From Mobula birostris (taxonomy: Eukaryota): 64,000 nt of DNA. The position numbers and the translations under genes were made by a program. Below the pieces are notes generated by a model. That model saw only the letters and a list, made by a program, of their open reading frames with translations, was not told the DNA's origin and made no database searches. Position 1 is the first letter of the stretch. Every line of letters begins with the position of its first letter. The DNA is taken from assembly GCF_030028105.1 (NCBI RefSeq), contig NC_092377.1, positions 88,256,569 to 88,320,568 of the forward strand, in the 5' to 3' direction. Shown here piece by piece: positions 51,504 through 64,000 of the stretch.

Positions 51504-53029
51504 GAGTGGAGTTGATATAGGTCACCCCCAATCTAATTCAAAGGAGGAACAAGCCCAAGGTGCTGCTGGGTTTCCTCCCGTTTCCTCATCCATATGGTTA
51601 TTACTGGGCAAGAAACAAAGGGGGTATTTAGGAAATTTTTTTTGCACAGTGGTTTGTTTGGATGCTTCACCACCAAATTCAACAGTAATGTAAACATTTG
51701 AAAAATGTGCATGAGAGGCATAGATAGGGTAGACAGAGTTTTTATTTTCCTTGGGACAAATACAAGAGGGTTAAACTTTAAGGTGAGACTGGGAGTTGCA
51801 AGGTAATGTGCCCAGAGCATCCAGCCAGACAAATAGTGGAAGCAGACACATTAGCAACATTTGGGCAGACATATGAACAGGGGGATGGCGGGGGGAGGTT
51901 GGTGGAAATAGAGGAACATGGACCATATGCAGGGAGATGGGAATAGTTTAAAATGGCATCATGATTGGTGTAGATATCACAGGCTGAAGGGGCTGTTCCT
52001 GTGCTATACTCTCCTGTGGTCCATGTTCTAAGATGTGCAGGCCGCAGGTGACTGTGTCAGGGGAACTGCCAGCCTTTGGTTGAGCTAGCCAACTCCCTGT
52101 TTGTTTCCAGCTACAAATCTCCTGGTTCTTACTCAGGCAAGCAGTTTCTTCAAGCCTTATGAGCCCCACTGAAGTCTTCAGTTGCAACCTGGACTACAGA
52201 GCGTCAGACTGAAATGAACATGGTTTGGTCTGATAATTAGGGAGGGGGGATGTGGGGTGGGTATTGGCTTGGAGGTATAGACTGTAGAAACCTTCTTAAA
52301 TCACAGAAATGAATAATGTTCTATAATTGTTTTGGTCTGATTTTGACAGTTGTGACGCAAGTATCAGTCTGGAACATTGTGCAGATGACAAAGGATTTTA
52401 TCTTGTTTTGATTTGCTCTGTTTTGATTTTAAAGCCGTTTGCCATCAGTGTCCACTATTTGCTTTTGTAACAGTGTGATCAGCCCCCAATAACTTAATCA
52501 TCATCCGAACCAAGTTAAAATATAATTAGCGCAGGATTAATATAAATGGGAGCTTGATGGTTGGTGTAGATTCGATAGACAAAAGGACCCGTCTCTTTAC
52601 TTGTTTATCTCCATGACATGAACTACTGTTAAGTCCAGAGAGAACTTTTAAAAAGTTCTTGATTAGACTGGAATTTCATTATTGTTGGCATGCCTATTCA
52701 TTCGGATCTCTTTCCAACAATCTTCCCAATCCATAAATGTCTTTGCCATGTTAAGGACTCGGAGACTGTCCGTTTTATGGAAATACATGGTATAAATATC
52801 TAGCCTGATTTCTTCCCACAGAATATGCTTTTAATGAACCTAAAACAATATAGCACATGAACAAGCCTGTCACCCCACAGTGTCTGCACTGACAAACATG
52901 ATGACAAATTAAATTAGTTCTCTTTTGTCTGTACATGATCACTGGATGGGAAGTGTTTCCCTACACAAACTTCTGTCACCTGTCTCATTCTCTTATCATG
53001 ATGAAGTATTGCACGCTCTCTCATTGGGA

Positions 53030-53660
53030 CTTCTACCTACTGATTAAGGAAACTTTTCTGAACACATTTGATCGACTCTATCCCATCTAGTCCTTTTACA
53101 GTATGGGATTCCCAGTCAATATGTGGAAAGTTAAAAAGACCTGCGATAACAACCTTATGTTTCTTGCAACAGTCCGCAATCTCGCTAAATCCAGTCGACT
53201 GTAATATAGCCCCATCAATGTGGTCATACCTTTCTTCTTTCTCAGTTCCATTCATAAAGCTTCACTAGGCGAATTCTCCAGTCTGTCCTGACTGAGCAGT
53301 GCTACGACATTTTTCCTGACTAGTAACATATTCATACGTCTATAAGCCTCTTAAACCCACTATCATACCATACCCAGGCAAGTATTTCTCTCTGTATTAA
53401 AAAAAACCTTGCCCTTCACACCTCCTTTAAACATTCCGACTCTCGCTCTTGTATTTCTACGCTGGGAACACGATTCTGACTGTGTACTGTATCTATTACT
53501 TTCACAGTCCTGTATACTTCTGTAGGGTCTCCCCTCAGCCCCCGCGGTTCCAGAGAAAAGAACACGTTTGTCCAATCTCTCCTTATTGTTGCACCCACGT
53601 ACCTCCCGTAATGGAGTGACCAAAAATGCTCACAATACTCCAGGTGCGGCCTCACCACTT
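53030..53660 (-). mobile_element. Two CR1 fragments (endonuclease; C-terminus)
   Basis: FNFPHIDW; VRPHLEYCEHFWS. Confidence 0.75.
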
Positions 53661-54761
53661 ATCTTGCTCATGGGCTGTTGGCAGTGCTGAGGAGCGACCT
53701 TTGAGACTCCTTTGAAAACTGACTGGTAGCCCTGTATGGGGTGATTCTCATGGACTCCATGCTATCTGGAAGCTGCATTGCTGGCTCCCATTTTTAAGTC
53801 CCAGACAGAATTTCAGATTCAGATTTATTTATCACATGTACATCGAGACACACAGGGAAGTGGGTTGTTTGCATTAACAACCAACACAGCCAAGAAAGTC
53901 TTGGGGGGGGCTGCCTGCAAGAGATGCCCCACTTTCTGGCGCCACCATGCTTGGCAGAGCAACACTGAGCACAACAAAACAGGAACACACCAAGTGACAA
54001 AGCAACAACCGCAAAGCACACCCTCCCACCCACACACATACACAGCCCTCCAAACCCAGGGCAGGCCGTCTTCTTTGGCCCCTAGTGGTCTTGTCGATTC
54101 GCAGGCACTGGGCCTTTGCCTTCCCCAGTGAACCCTCAGAGCTTCGCGGGCTTGCGGCTGGGCCATCGGGTTGTCGTTTCAGATGCTTCTTGTCACATCG
54201 GGGCTGGGCTGGTTGCTTATCCTCGCCAGGATCTGACAGGGCTGCCAGAAAGGGGTGGCGAGTTCATAATGTACTCCTCTTTCTTCCTTCAAAAACTGGA
54301 AAAGTTGTTTTCAACTGAGTTCTGAACCTAGCCCTGAGCCAAGGGTTATGGAGGGTGGATGAAAAAGTGGGGAGGTGGGGTAGGATGTAGAAGGTGAAGA
54401 GCTTTTCTTTTCACAGCTAATGCAGTGAAAACACATTTTATTTTTCAACTTCCTCACTTTGCAAATCGAGGTGGCAATGAAGCACTGTCCATAGAACTGT
54501 ATAACTTGCACGGAGCCAAGAAGAGTCAGAGTCAGACAGTGTTTAAACAAATCTTTCAGCCTATCATTTCTGCTCCAGCCATTAAACATACATTTACCCA
54601 AATTCCAAACAACTCCCCTCCCCAATTTTCCTGCCACCCTTCTTCACCGGTGGCAGATTTACCAATCAACTGCACCACAATAACAACTATCTGCAGAACC
54701 AACTATGTCACACTGACTTCTGTGCAGGGAGCGAATTAGTGATTGAACCATAGAGAGAAAG

Positions 54762-54890
54762 GTCCTGCCAAAGGGTCTCGGCCCAAAATGTTGACTGTGC
54801 TCTTTTCCATAGATGCTGCCTGGCCTGCTGAGTTCCTCCAGCATTTTGGGTGTCTTGCTTTGATCTTCAGCATCTGCAGACTTTCTCTTG
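54762..54890 (+). mobile_element. Penelope-like terminal repeat with decayed hammerhead core
   Basis: GTCCTGCCAAAGGGTCTCGGCCCAAAATGTTGAC followed by the GATGCTGCCTGGCC arm. Confidence 0.65.
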
Positions 54891-56709
54891 CTTCAGAAAA
54901 AGGTCCGTCAGCCTTCTGCATCCACGTCAATCATCAAAGACTGAACTACACAAGCCACAAGGAATCGCTCCTGATACTTCTGCCATTTGCCGACAGAGGC
55001 AAATTTACAATAACCAATGAACACAGCAACTAACTGTGTCTCACTGATCACCATCTGTGGACAGGTCAAGTCCAACGTCAGGACACAAAGCCATTCCTCT
55101 GCTTGAACCACAGTTCCATGAGAGCTTTGCCTGCGGCTTGATAAACTTGCAGTGCTGATTCACAGCCTGCATTGGGAAGCAGGGTGGAGTAATCCTGCTG
55201 CTTGTGTCCCACTTCGAACTTCCATCTACTCACCCGTCCCTTCCTTTGACTGCTGATGCAGCGGCAATTGGATTTGAACTAACGGTCCTTTTCCAATCCT
55301 AACTCTTCTTGCCCCTCTATATCTCTGTACTTGTTTCAATCCCACTGGGCTTCAAGTCCCTGCAGTCCGCCACCAGAATATCTTTGTTCTTCTACTATCC
55401 TGGTCCTAAGCTCTGACATTCCCTCCCATAACATTCCTCACCCCTTCAACCCAGCTTAAATTTTTTCTCTAAAGCCTGATCCTTCATTAAGGTTATGATT
55501 ATTTGGTTCAATGTATGTTGATCTTCAGAAGATGAAGTCAGCTTTTTTTTTGTAGGATACTGATGCTACGTTAATTCAGATGGGAAAAGCGTAAACAGAA
55601 CTGCAGATGCCGGAAACCTAAAATATAAACAAACAGGTTGGAATGCTTGGCTGGTCAAATGAGCGGGGCACAGTTTCAAGGTTAGGGGCTGATCTTTTAA
55701 ACCCAGGGCATGTAGAGTATTCTTCTCAGAGGATGGTGAATCCTTTGCCCCAGAGAAAGATAGAAGCTGGTTCATCAGAGAACTTAAGACGGTGATGGAT
55801 ACATTTTTGAAAGATTGAGAACGATGGGGACCTGGTTGAGGCCTGGGGTAACTGAGCCAGAGTTATGCAGCACAGAAACAGGCCCCTTGGCGCAAGAATA
55901 GACGAGTCCCATTTGCCCGTGTTTGGCCCATATCCATCTATAAGGCTTTCCTATCCATGATAAACACTGTAGTTGTACCCACCTCTACAGCCCCCTCTGG
56001 CAGGTCATTCATTCCATCCATCAGCCTTGATGTGAAAAAGCTACCCATCATGTCTCTTTAAATCTTCCTGCTCTCACTTTAAATGATTTCCCTCTGATTT
56101 TAGATTCCCCCCCCCACAAACTGTGCCCTCTTGAATTAGCCATTTCAGCCCTGGGAAAAAGCCTCTCATCATCCTATACAACTCTATCAGGTCACCTCTC
56201 ATCCTCTGTTGCTCCAAGGAGAAAAGGCCAAGTTCACTCAACTCAATATAAAGCCACCCTTCAAACTCACAGCCTCTTACGCTCCAGGGGAAAACATGTC
56301 CCAACTTATCTAGCCTCTCCTTATCATTCAAGCCCCCAGTCCGAGTAACTTACACGTGACCCTTTTCTGCACCCTTCCTGCTTCCTGTATCCTTCCTATA
56401 GCTGGGCAACCACAGTGGCCCACAATATTCCAACTAAGATCAGCTATTATTATAGTGAATAGCAGAGCAGGCTTCCTGCTCCTGTTCCTATCTTCTTGTG
56501 TTATAAACTCACTGAGTCACAGGGTCGTTGCTTTGCTGCTGCTTATGCGTGGGATGGGGGAGGTGGGGGGGCTTTGAGGTTCTAATATTCATTCTTTGGG
56601 GCACTCCTCTGTTTTCGTAGATGTTTGTGAAGAAAAAGAATTTCAGGATATATGTTGTACACATTTCTCTGACATTAAATGTAGTACCTGTTGAAACCTA
56701 TTGGCCTAT

Positions 56710-59700
56710 TGAAAAGTACAGTACAGTAACAGGCCCTTCGGCCCAACTAATCTGTGTTGAACCATTCAAACTGCCTATTCCCACTGACCTGCATCCGGAC
56801 TATAGCCCTCCATACCCCTGCCATCCATGTGCCTATCCAAACATCTCTTAAACATCGAAATTCAGCTTGCAAGCACCACTTGCACTCTCTTTCCACACTC
56901 TGATGACCCTCTGAGTGAAGAAGTTTCCTCTCATGTTCCCCTTAAACTTTTCACACTACACCCATGATTTCTAGTTGTAGTCCCACCCAACATCAGTGGA
57001 AAGAGCCAGCTTGCATCTACCCTATCTATTCCCCTCATAATTTTGTATGCCTCTATCAAATCCACCCTCAATCTTCTATGTTCCAAAGAATAAAGTCCTA
57101 ACCTATTCAATCTTTCTTTATAACTCAGATCCTCCAGTCCCGGCAACATGCTTGTAAATTTTCTCTGAATTCTTTCAATCTTATTTACATCTTTCCTGTA
57201 GGTAGGCAACCAAAACTGCACACAATACTCCAAATTAGACCTCAACAGTGTCTTATACAATTTCAACATAACATGCCATCTCCTGTACTCAATACATTGA
57301 TTTATGAAGGTCAATGTTCCAAAGGCTTTCTGTATGACTTTACCCGTGGCACCACTTTCAATGAATTATGGACCTGTATTTCCAGATCCCTTTGTGCTAC
57401 CACACTCCTAAGTGGCCTACTATTCACTATGTAAAACTTACCCTGGTTGGTTTTACTGAAGTACAACACCTTATACGTGTCTGCATTAAATTTCATCTGC
57501 CATTTTTCCATCTGGTTCACCACTGCCAGCTCTGATAGTCTTCTTTCCTGTCCACTACATCCCCAATCTTGGTGTCATCTGCAAATTTGGTGATCCAGTT
57601 AACCACATCATCATCCAGATCATTGACATAGATGACAAACAAAAACAGACCCAACACTAATCCCTGTGGCACACCTCTAGTCACAGGCTTTAGTCAGAGA
57701 GGCAACCATCTGCTACCACTCTCTGGCTTCTACCACAAAGCCAAAGTCTAATCCAATTTAGTACCTGGCCTTGAATACCAAGTGACTGAACCTTCTTGAC
57801 CGGCCTCCCATGTGAGACCTTGTCAAATGCCTTGCTAAAGTCCATGTAGACAACAGCTACTGCTTTGCCTTCATCAACTTCCTGAAAAAAAACTCAATTA
57901 GATTGGTTAGACATGACATACCACACAGAAAGCCAAGCTGACTATCCCTAATCAGTCCATGTCTATCCAAATACTCATATATCCAGCCCCTTACAATACC
58001 TGTCAATAACTTTCCCACTACTGATGTCAGGCTCATTGGCCTATAATTTCCTGATTTATTTTTAGAGGCTTTCTTAAACAGTGGAGCAACACTGGCTATT
58101 CTCCAATCCTTCGGTACTTCACCCATCGCTAAGAATGACATAAGTATCTCTTCTGTACTTGCAATTTCTGTACTTGCCTTCCACAGGGTCCGAGGGAACA
58201 CCTTATCAGGTCCTAGGGATTTACCACCAGAATTTGCCTCAAGACAGTAAACATCTCCTCCTCTGTAATCTGTATAGGTGCTTTGCCTCACTTCTATAGA
58301 CTCTGTGTCCAGCTCCTGACTAAGTATAAATGCAAAAATTCCATTTGAGATCTTCTGCATCTCTTTTGGCTCCATGCATAGATTACCATTCTGATATTCC
58401 AGGGGAAGAATTTTGTACCTTGCAATCAATTTGCTCTTAAAGTATCTAATGAATTCCTCGGGGTTCTCCTTCACTTTGTCTGCTAGGGCAACCCCATGTC
58501 TTCCATTAGCCTCCTGATTTTGTCATGTTCTGGATCGGGGTCCCTTTAAATTTACTTTGTTTATGTTACGATCCGGACCGTTGACTCCCTGTTTCCCTTT
58601 GGTTCCCTGTTTTCCCGTGTCCCTCGGCATTGGTGATTAGAGGCAATTTACTCTGGGCTGAACCGGTAGTATATAGTCTCCGGCTTTCAGCCGTTCAGCG
58701 CAAGAGCATCTGCAAAGTCACCAAGGTACGGCATGCCAATGTCATCTGGCCGGACCAGGCCTGGTCTCCGCCCGAAGTGAGTGCCAGTAATTCGCCTTTC
58801 CTCACCGGAGCAACCCTGTCAAGTTACCTCGCCAAAGCGAGCCTGCAAAGTTTCCTCACCGAGGTGGGTCTGTCAGTTAACCCGCCGGAGGGAATCAAGA
58901 ACCGCTGTCTACTGTTCCCAGGCTGAGTTGAGAGCTCGCCACTACCCGGAGGCTCCAAGTCAAGTCCTGGCTCCGGGGGCATCCAAGTTCCAAGTCAAGT
59001 CCTGTCCCTGGCAGCATCCAAGTACTGAGTCAAGTCCTGGCCCTGGCGGTCTATGATTCCTGTCCTGCCCCCCATCTGTATCCGTTCTCTGCCCCTCTCG
59101 CTTCTAGCCCTCGTCTGCAGCTCTCACCTGCACTTCAGTCTAGTTCTATCACCGGAGCTAGATAGGTACTGTCTGGTGTTCTTTCGTGTTGGTCTTGTCT
59201 TGTTCTCGCCTCCGTGGGGTAAGTCAGGCCGTCTTGCCGTTGCCCTGTGGGGGGGAGTCATGTCTTGTCGTGTCTTGTTCTTGCCTCCATGGGGTAAGTC
59301 AGGCCATTTTGCCATTGCCCCGCGGGGGGTCATGAGTCCCGGCTCTATGTCCTGTACCCAAGGAGGGGTCCCGGCTCTCTGTTCTGTGTATGTGTCCATG
59401 GTTCCATTTACCTGCTCCCCAAGACCAAGGCTCTGTTTTCCATGTTCCTCCTCTCCCTAGCCCATGTCATGTCCATGCCTGGTTCTGGGGTCAGAGCCCG
59501 AGGCAAGACCCAGGTACTGGGTCCTTGCCCAGTCCCTGGCTCGGAGTCCATACCGTAGCCTCTTCATGTCTCCTCTAGTTCTGGGAGCCGATTCCGAGTC
59601 CAAGCCCAGACCCTTGGTCCCTGCCTAGTCATAGTCCTGAGTCCTTGTCCAGTTCGCTATTTCCGCTCCTGCCTTGCTCTCCTGGTATCGAACAATAAGC

Positions 59701-61950
59701 TAAATTTAACTAACCTCACAAAATATGTCTTGCATTTGGGTCCACCCTTGCTCCCAATGCCCACCCACTGTGACAGAACGCTCTCACCAAACGTGAACCC
59801 AGCAGACACAAACACTGTGTTTCCAAACTCTTGTCAGCCTGAAAGTCAAGGTGTTGTTGTTCTGTTCTGCCCGCCGGCCAAAACCCCCTCCACCCACCCG
59901 AGTCATCGATAATACAGGCAAAACTGTTGGTCGCCTGGAGGCTCCCATTTGGGGGGGGGGGGGGGAGCTGTCATGGTCCGCATTGGGGTCCCTTTAAATT
60001 TACTTTGTTTATGTTACGATCTGGACCGTTGACTCCCTGTTTCCCTTTGGTTCCCTGTTTTCCCGTGTCCCTTGGCCTTGGTGATTAGAGGCAATTTACT
60101 CCCGGCTGAACCGGTAGTTTATAGTCTCCGACTTTAAGCCGTTCGGCGCGAAAGCGTCTGCAAAGTCACCAAAGGTACGGCGTGCCAATGTCCTCTGGCC
60201 GGAGCAAGCTTAGTCTCTGCCCGAAAGGAGTGCCGGTAATTTGCCTTTCCTCACCGGAGTAACCCTGTCAAGTTACCTCGCCAAAGTGAGCCTGCAAAGT
60301 TTCCTTACCGAAGTGGGTCCGTCAGTTAACCCGCTGGAGGGAATCAAGAACCGCTGTCTACTGCTCCCAGGCCAAGTCGAGAGCTTGCCACTACCCGGAG
60401 GCTCCAAGTCAAGTCCTGGCTCCGGGGGCAGCCAAGTTCCAAGTCAAGTCCTGGCCCTGGCGGCATCCAAGTTCCGAGTCAAGTCCCGGTCCTGGCGGCA
60501 TCCAAGTACCGAGTCAAGTCCCGTCCCTGATGGCATCCAAGTACCGAGTCAAGTCCCGCCCTGATGGCATCCAAGTACCGAGTCAAGTCCCGCCCTGATG
60601 GCATCCAAGTTCTGAGTCAAGTCCCGGTCCTGGCGGCATCCAAGTACCAAGTCAAGTCCCGGCCCTGGCGGCATCCAAGTACCGAGTCAAGTCCCGGCCC
60701 TGGGCGGTCTATGATTCCTGTCCTACCCACTGTCTGAATCCCTTCTCTGCCCCTCTCGCCTCTAGCCCTCGTCTGCGGCTCTCACCTGCACCTCGGTCTA
60801 GTTCTATCGCCGGAGCTAGATAGGTACTGTCTGGTGTTCTTTCGTGTTGGTCTTGTCTTGTTCTCGCCTCCATGGGGTAAGTCAGGCCGTCTTGCCGTTG
60901 CCCCGTGGGGGATCATGTCTTGTTGTGTCTTGTTCTCGCCTCCATGGTGGAAGTCAGGCCGTCTTGCCGTTGCCCCACGGGGGGGTCATGTCTTGTCATG
61001 TCTTGTTCTTGCCTCCCTGGGGGAAGTCAGGCCGTCTTGCCGTTGCCCCGCGGGGGGGGGGGGGGGTCATGTCTTGTCCTCGCCTCCGTGGGGTAAGTCT
61101 GGCCATTTTGCTGTTGCTCCGCGGAGAGTCATGAGTCCCAGCCTCATGTCCTGTACACAAGGAGGGGTCTCGGCTCTCTGTTGTGTGTGTGAGTCCCGGC
61201 CCTATGTCCTGTACCTAAGGAGGGGTCCCGGCTCTCTGTTCTGTGTATGTGTCCATGGTTCCATTTACCTGCTCCCCAAGACCGAGGCTCTGTGTTCCCA
61301 TGTTCCTCCTCTCCCTAACCCATGTCATGTCCATGCCTGGTTCTAGGGTCCAAGCCCGAGGCAAGACCCAGGTACTGGGTCCTTGCCCAGTCCCTGGCTC
61401 GGAGTCCATACCGTAGCCTCTTCATGTCGCATCTAGTTCTGGGATCCGATTCCTAGTCCTAGCTTGCCCAGCCTAATCGTAGTCCTGAGTCCTTGTCCAG
61501 TTCGCTATTCCTGCTTCTGCTTTGCTCTCCTGGTATCGAACAATAAGCTAAATTTAATTAACCTCACAAGATGTGTCTTGCATTTGGGTCCACTCTTGCT
61601 CCCAATGCCCCCCCCCCACTGTGACAGATTTCTTCTTAAGTGTTCTCTTGCATTTCTTATGCTCGATAAATACCTCATTTGTTCCGACCTGCCTATACAA
61701 TTTTTTCTTAACCAGGGCCTCAATAACTCCTGAAAATCAATGTTCCATAAACCTGTTATCTTTACCCTTTATTCTGCCAGGAACATGCAAGCTTCGTACT
61801 CTCAAGATTTCACTTTTGAAGGTCTCCCGGTTACCAAGTACACTTTTGCCAGGAAACAGTTGTCAGATCCTTTCCGATACGATCAAAATTGACCGTTCTC
61901 CAATTCAGAATCTCACCCTGCTGACTCTTTTTTCCATATTTACTGTGAAA
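56710..61950 (-). mobile_element. CR1 LINE split by the LTR element at 58521-61626
   Basis: ORFs 56931-57314, 57311-57523, 57857-58474; CR1 sequence resumes at 61627. Confidence 0.85.
58521..61626 (+). mobile_element. Non-autonomous Ty3/Gypsy (sushi/chromovirus-like) LTR element: LTR 58521-59775, 193-bp interior, LTR 59969-61626
   Basis: Both LTRs are TGTCA...TGACA; TSD GATTT at 58516-58520 and 61627-61631; poly-G PPT at 59951-59967; gag-start-like GTGAACCCAGCAGAC and a PPPTRVID linker remnant. Confidence 0.9.
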
Positions 61951-62399
61951 CTGTTATTTGTTTATTTATTGAGATTTGTTTATTTATTCAGAACTGGCCA
62001 ATTTAATCCAAGCCGAGTCATGGGACAGTTTACAATGTCTAGTTGACCTACCAACCTTACTGGAGCACCCGGAGGAAACCAGTACAATCATGGGGCGAAC
62101 ATACAAACTCCTTACAGGCAGGGGTGGGAATTGAACCCCGGGCCGCAGGAACTGTAACGCACTGTACTAACCACTCCACTGCTGTGCTGCCCACCTCCTC
62201 CTGGTGACTTAAGGCTCATCTACACAAATACTTTGAATGCCAGCAGGTTGAAAGTTAAATACCTTTAGTGTAGGTAGGCATAACGGTTGGCCTAAACATG
62301 CTGGCCCGGCAGCTCAGACAGGCAACATCTATGGACAGAGTAACAACAGTTCACATTTTAGTTCGATGTTTTTTCCATTGCAGTTTAAAATGATGGTGG

Positions 62400-63500
62400 T
62401 TGACATTTGTACCGACTCCTGCTTTATGCGCACCAGTTAACGCGAGCGGAGTTTTCCGCCAACTATGACCGTGACCAGCTCCATCAGAGAAGTCATGGAC
62501 CGTTCGCCTCGCAGGCGCCTAGCCCGGGCTACCTGGCAGTGCACTTTAACGCTGGCCGCCGCCTCCGCCTCCGCCTCACCATGTCTTTGCCGATCTATCA
62601 CAGTGGATAATCGGCCGGCCATGCTTTTAATCGTTTTAAGGCGGCCAAGATTTGCGTTAAATCCCATCGTTTCCTCCCAGGGAGCCCAAGGTCACTAGAG
62701 AGCTACCGTTCTTCCGAAAGGAAGTTGGAAGCGCCGACGCTGGCGAGAGTAGGGCGCTCATTGGGCGTGGGAGCGCAGTGACTCAGCCCTGTGCAAGGCT
62801 GCGGGCTGCTGAGGACAGTGATGCCGAGAGAGGCACGGCCACATTCCCTCTCGACCATTCACTGCCACGTTATCCCACCCAGCCGAGAGGATGGCGACCT
62901 CTCGCCACTATGGGAGATCTCCGAAGGACATTGCCAATGTGATGCAGAAATTACAAGGTGGGGTTGAGTTATTTTTTTTGTGCAGTTATACAGTACTTAT
63001 TCCCGCGCCCTCGCGGTGTAATGCTATCCGGTGGCGTGAGTGTTTCGGACTGTTTTTAAAAGGATTTATTCACATTGTTCCAGTTAGCAAGTTGTATTTT
63101 TAAGCCGAGTTATGCTTTAATTTAGGCAAATACTGTGGCGGGCTGCTGAGTCAAAAACGGAACAGCTGCACCTTTTGAGACACCTGGCACTCTGACATTG
63201 GCGGTAGTAGGTGAAACCTCTGACAAACTATGCGCTGATTGGGGGCCGAGTGTAGGTTTACAAGGGGTGCAGATGTTTTAATGCAGAAAGCCACAGGTCG
63301 GTCGTCCTGAGTGTAAACAGCAGCCTGCACACGCAGGACGCAGCCTCAGTTAAGGTCAGAGCCAGGCTATGGATGGAGAGAGTCAGCAGGTTGTGCCGGT
63401 ATTAATCCACGCATCAAGGACGAACCCTTGGCGGGCTGCAAATCTGCACGATCCACGCTCTCCCTGAACTGTTGGTCGCTAGGGATGCCAACGCGAACAC
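62400..63500 (+). promoter_or_regulatory. CpG island / promoter of the nesprin gene
   Basis: High CpG; reverse CCAAT (ATTGG ~62760), GC box GGGCGTGGG, AP-1 TGACTCA (~62779), ETS-like GGAAG sites. Confidence 0.7.
62891..62957 (+). CDS. SYNE1: Nesprin-1-like, first coding exon (MATSRHYGRSPKDIANVMQKLQ, phase 1); gene continues beyond the window
   Basis: Matches the recalled human nesprin-1 N-terminus MATSRGASRCPRDIANVMQRLQ(D); 67-nt coding part; AAG|GTGGGG donor; AGGATGG Kozak. Orthologue vs paralogue is unresolved. Confidence 0.8.
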
Positions 63501-64000
63501 CACACACACACAAAAACGGCTGCTCTCTGGAATCATGAGCGAGTTTGAAAAGATTTCTTTTACTTGTTTACAGTTGTTTCCAAGGAGTTAGTAGTCACTT
63601 TCAGTCAGTCAGACAGCGCACACTAGCGCAAATGAAACTCTGCTCCTTAAACCAGCGTTGCTGGTGCATTTGGCAGTTCCTGCTGCAACGAGACGGCAAC
63701 TCTCCGTGAAAAGAGCAACTTTTTGACACTCACTGTTTAAGAGTTACCGGTTTTCCGGAGAGGAGTAAAAAAAAATCATCGCAACTCCCGCTTCCGGACG
63801 GACATTGGATTCCCTGACCAAGTTTTGTCGGAAATGTGTTGACTTCGGGGCGAACTAGGCAAGAGTTGGACGATGGCATCAGAACTGGTTTGATGCAGGA
63901 GCGAGTGTTGCGATTAGTTTTAGGTGGTCAGAAGCCAGATCGAACCCATCAGATCCTGGGACATGGGGTACATTGAGTATGGGGGAGAGAGAGGCGGGCC

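Noticed and set aside
60409-60700. 35-bp periodic array resembling CRISPR
   Set aside because: No unique spacers, lies inside an LTR, eukaryotic context, no cas genes
62958-63103. Continuation of the 70-aa ORF past the nesprin exon
   Set aside because: Similarity stops at the GT donor; intronic read-through

Overview
Eukaryotic (vertebrate), repeat-rich genomic DNA. The repeat repertoire (CR1 LINEs, Rex1/Babar LINEs, V-SINEs, Penelope-like pieces) suggests a cartilaginous fish, probably a ray (inference). Host genes: (1) a complete four-exon cytochrome c oxidase subunit 7A gene on + (13011-26911, 86 aa, most like COX7A1) with a CpG-island promoter; (2) the first coding exon of a nesprin-1-like (SYNE1-like) gene on + at 62891-62957; (3) an unassigned CpG island at about 5.7-6.2 kb and an orphan exon candidate at 47119-47298. 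Most long ORFs in the track are retroelement-derived. Main points of interest: short palindromic Penelope-derived insertions with 14-bp TSDs carrying a minimal hammerhead ribozyme motif; an ERV-L-like (class III) pol relic in COX7A intron 1; a chromovirus-derived LTR element with a 193-bp interior; a ~200-bp hairpin centred on a MITE; multi-layer nested insertions; and the COX7A1-like/SYNE1-like adjacency, which may mark a giant nesprin at the ancestral SYNE4 locus. No database searches were run. Protein comparisons are from memory, and repeat boundaries without a TSD are approximate.
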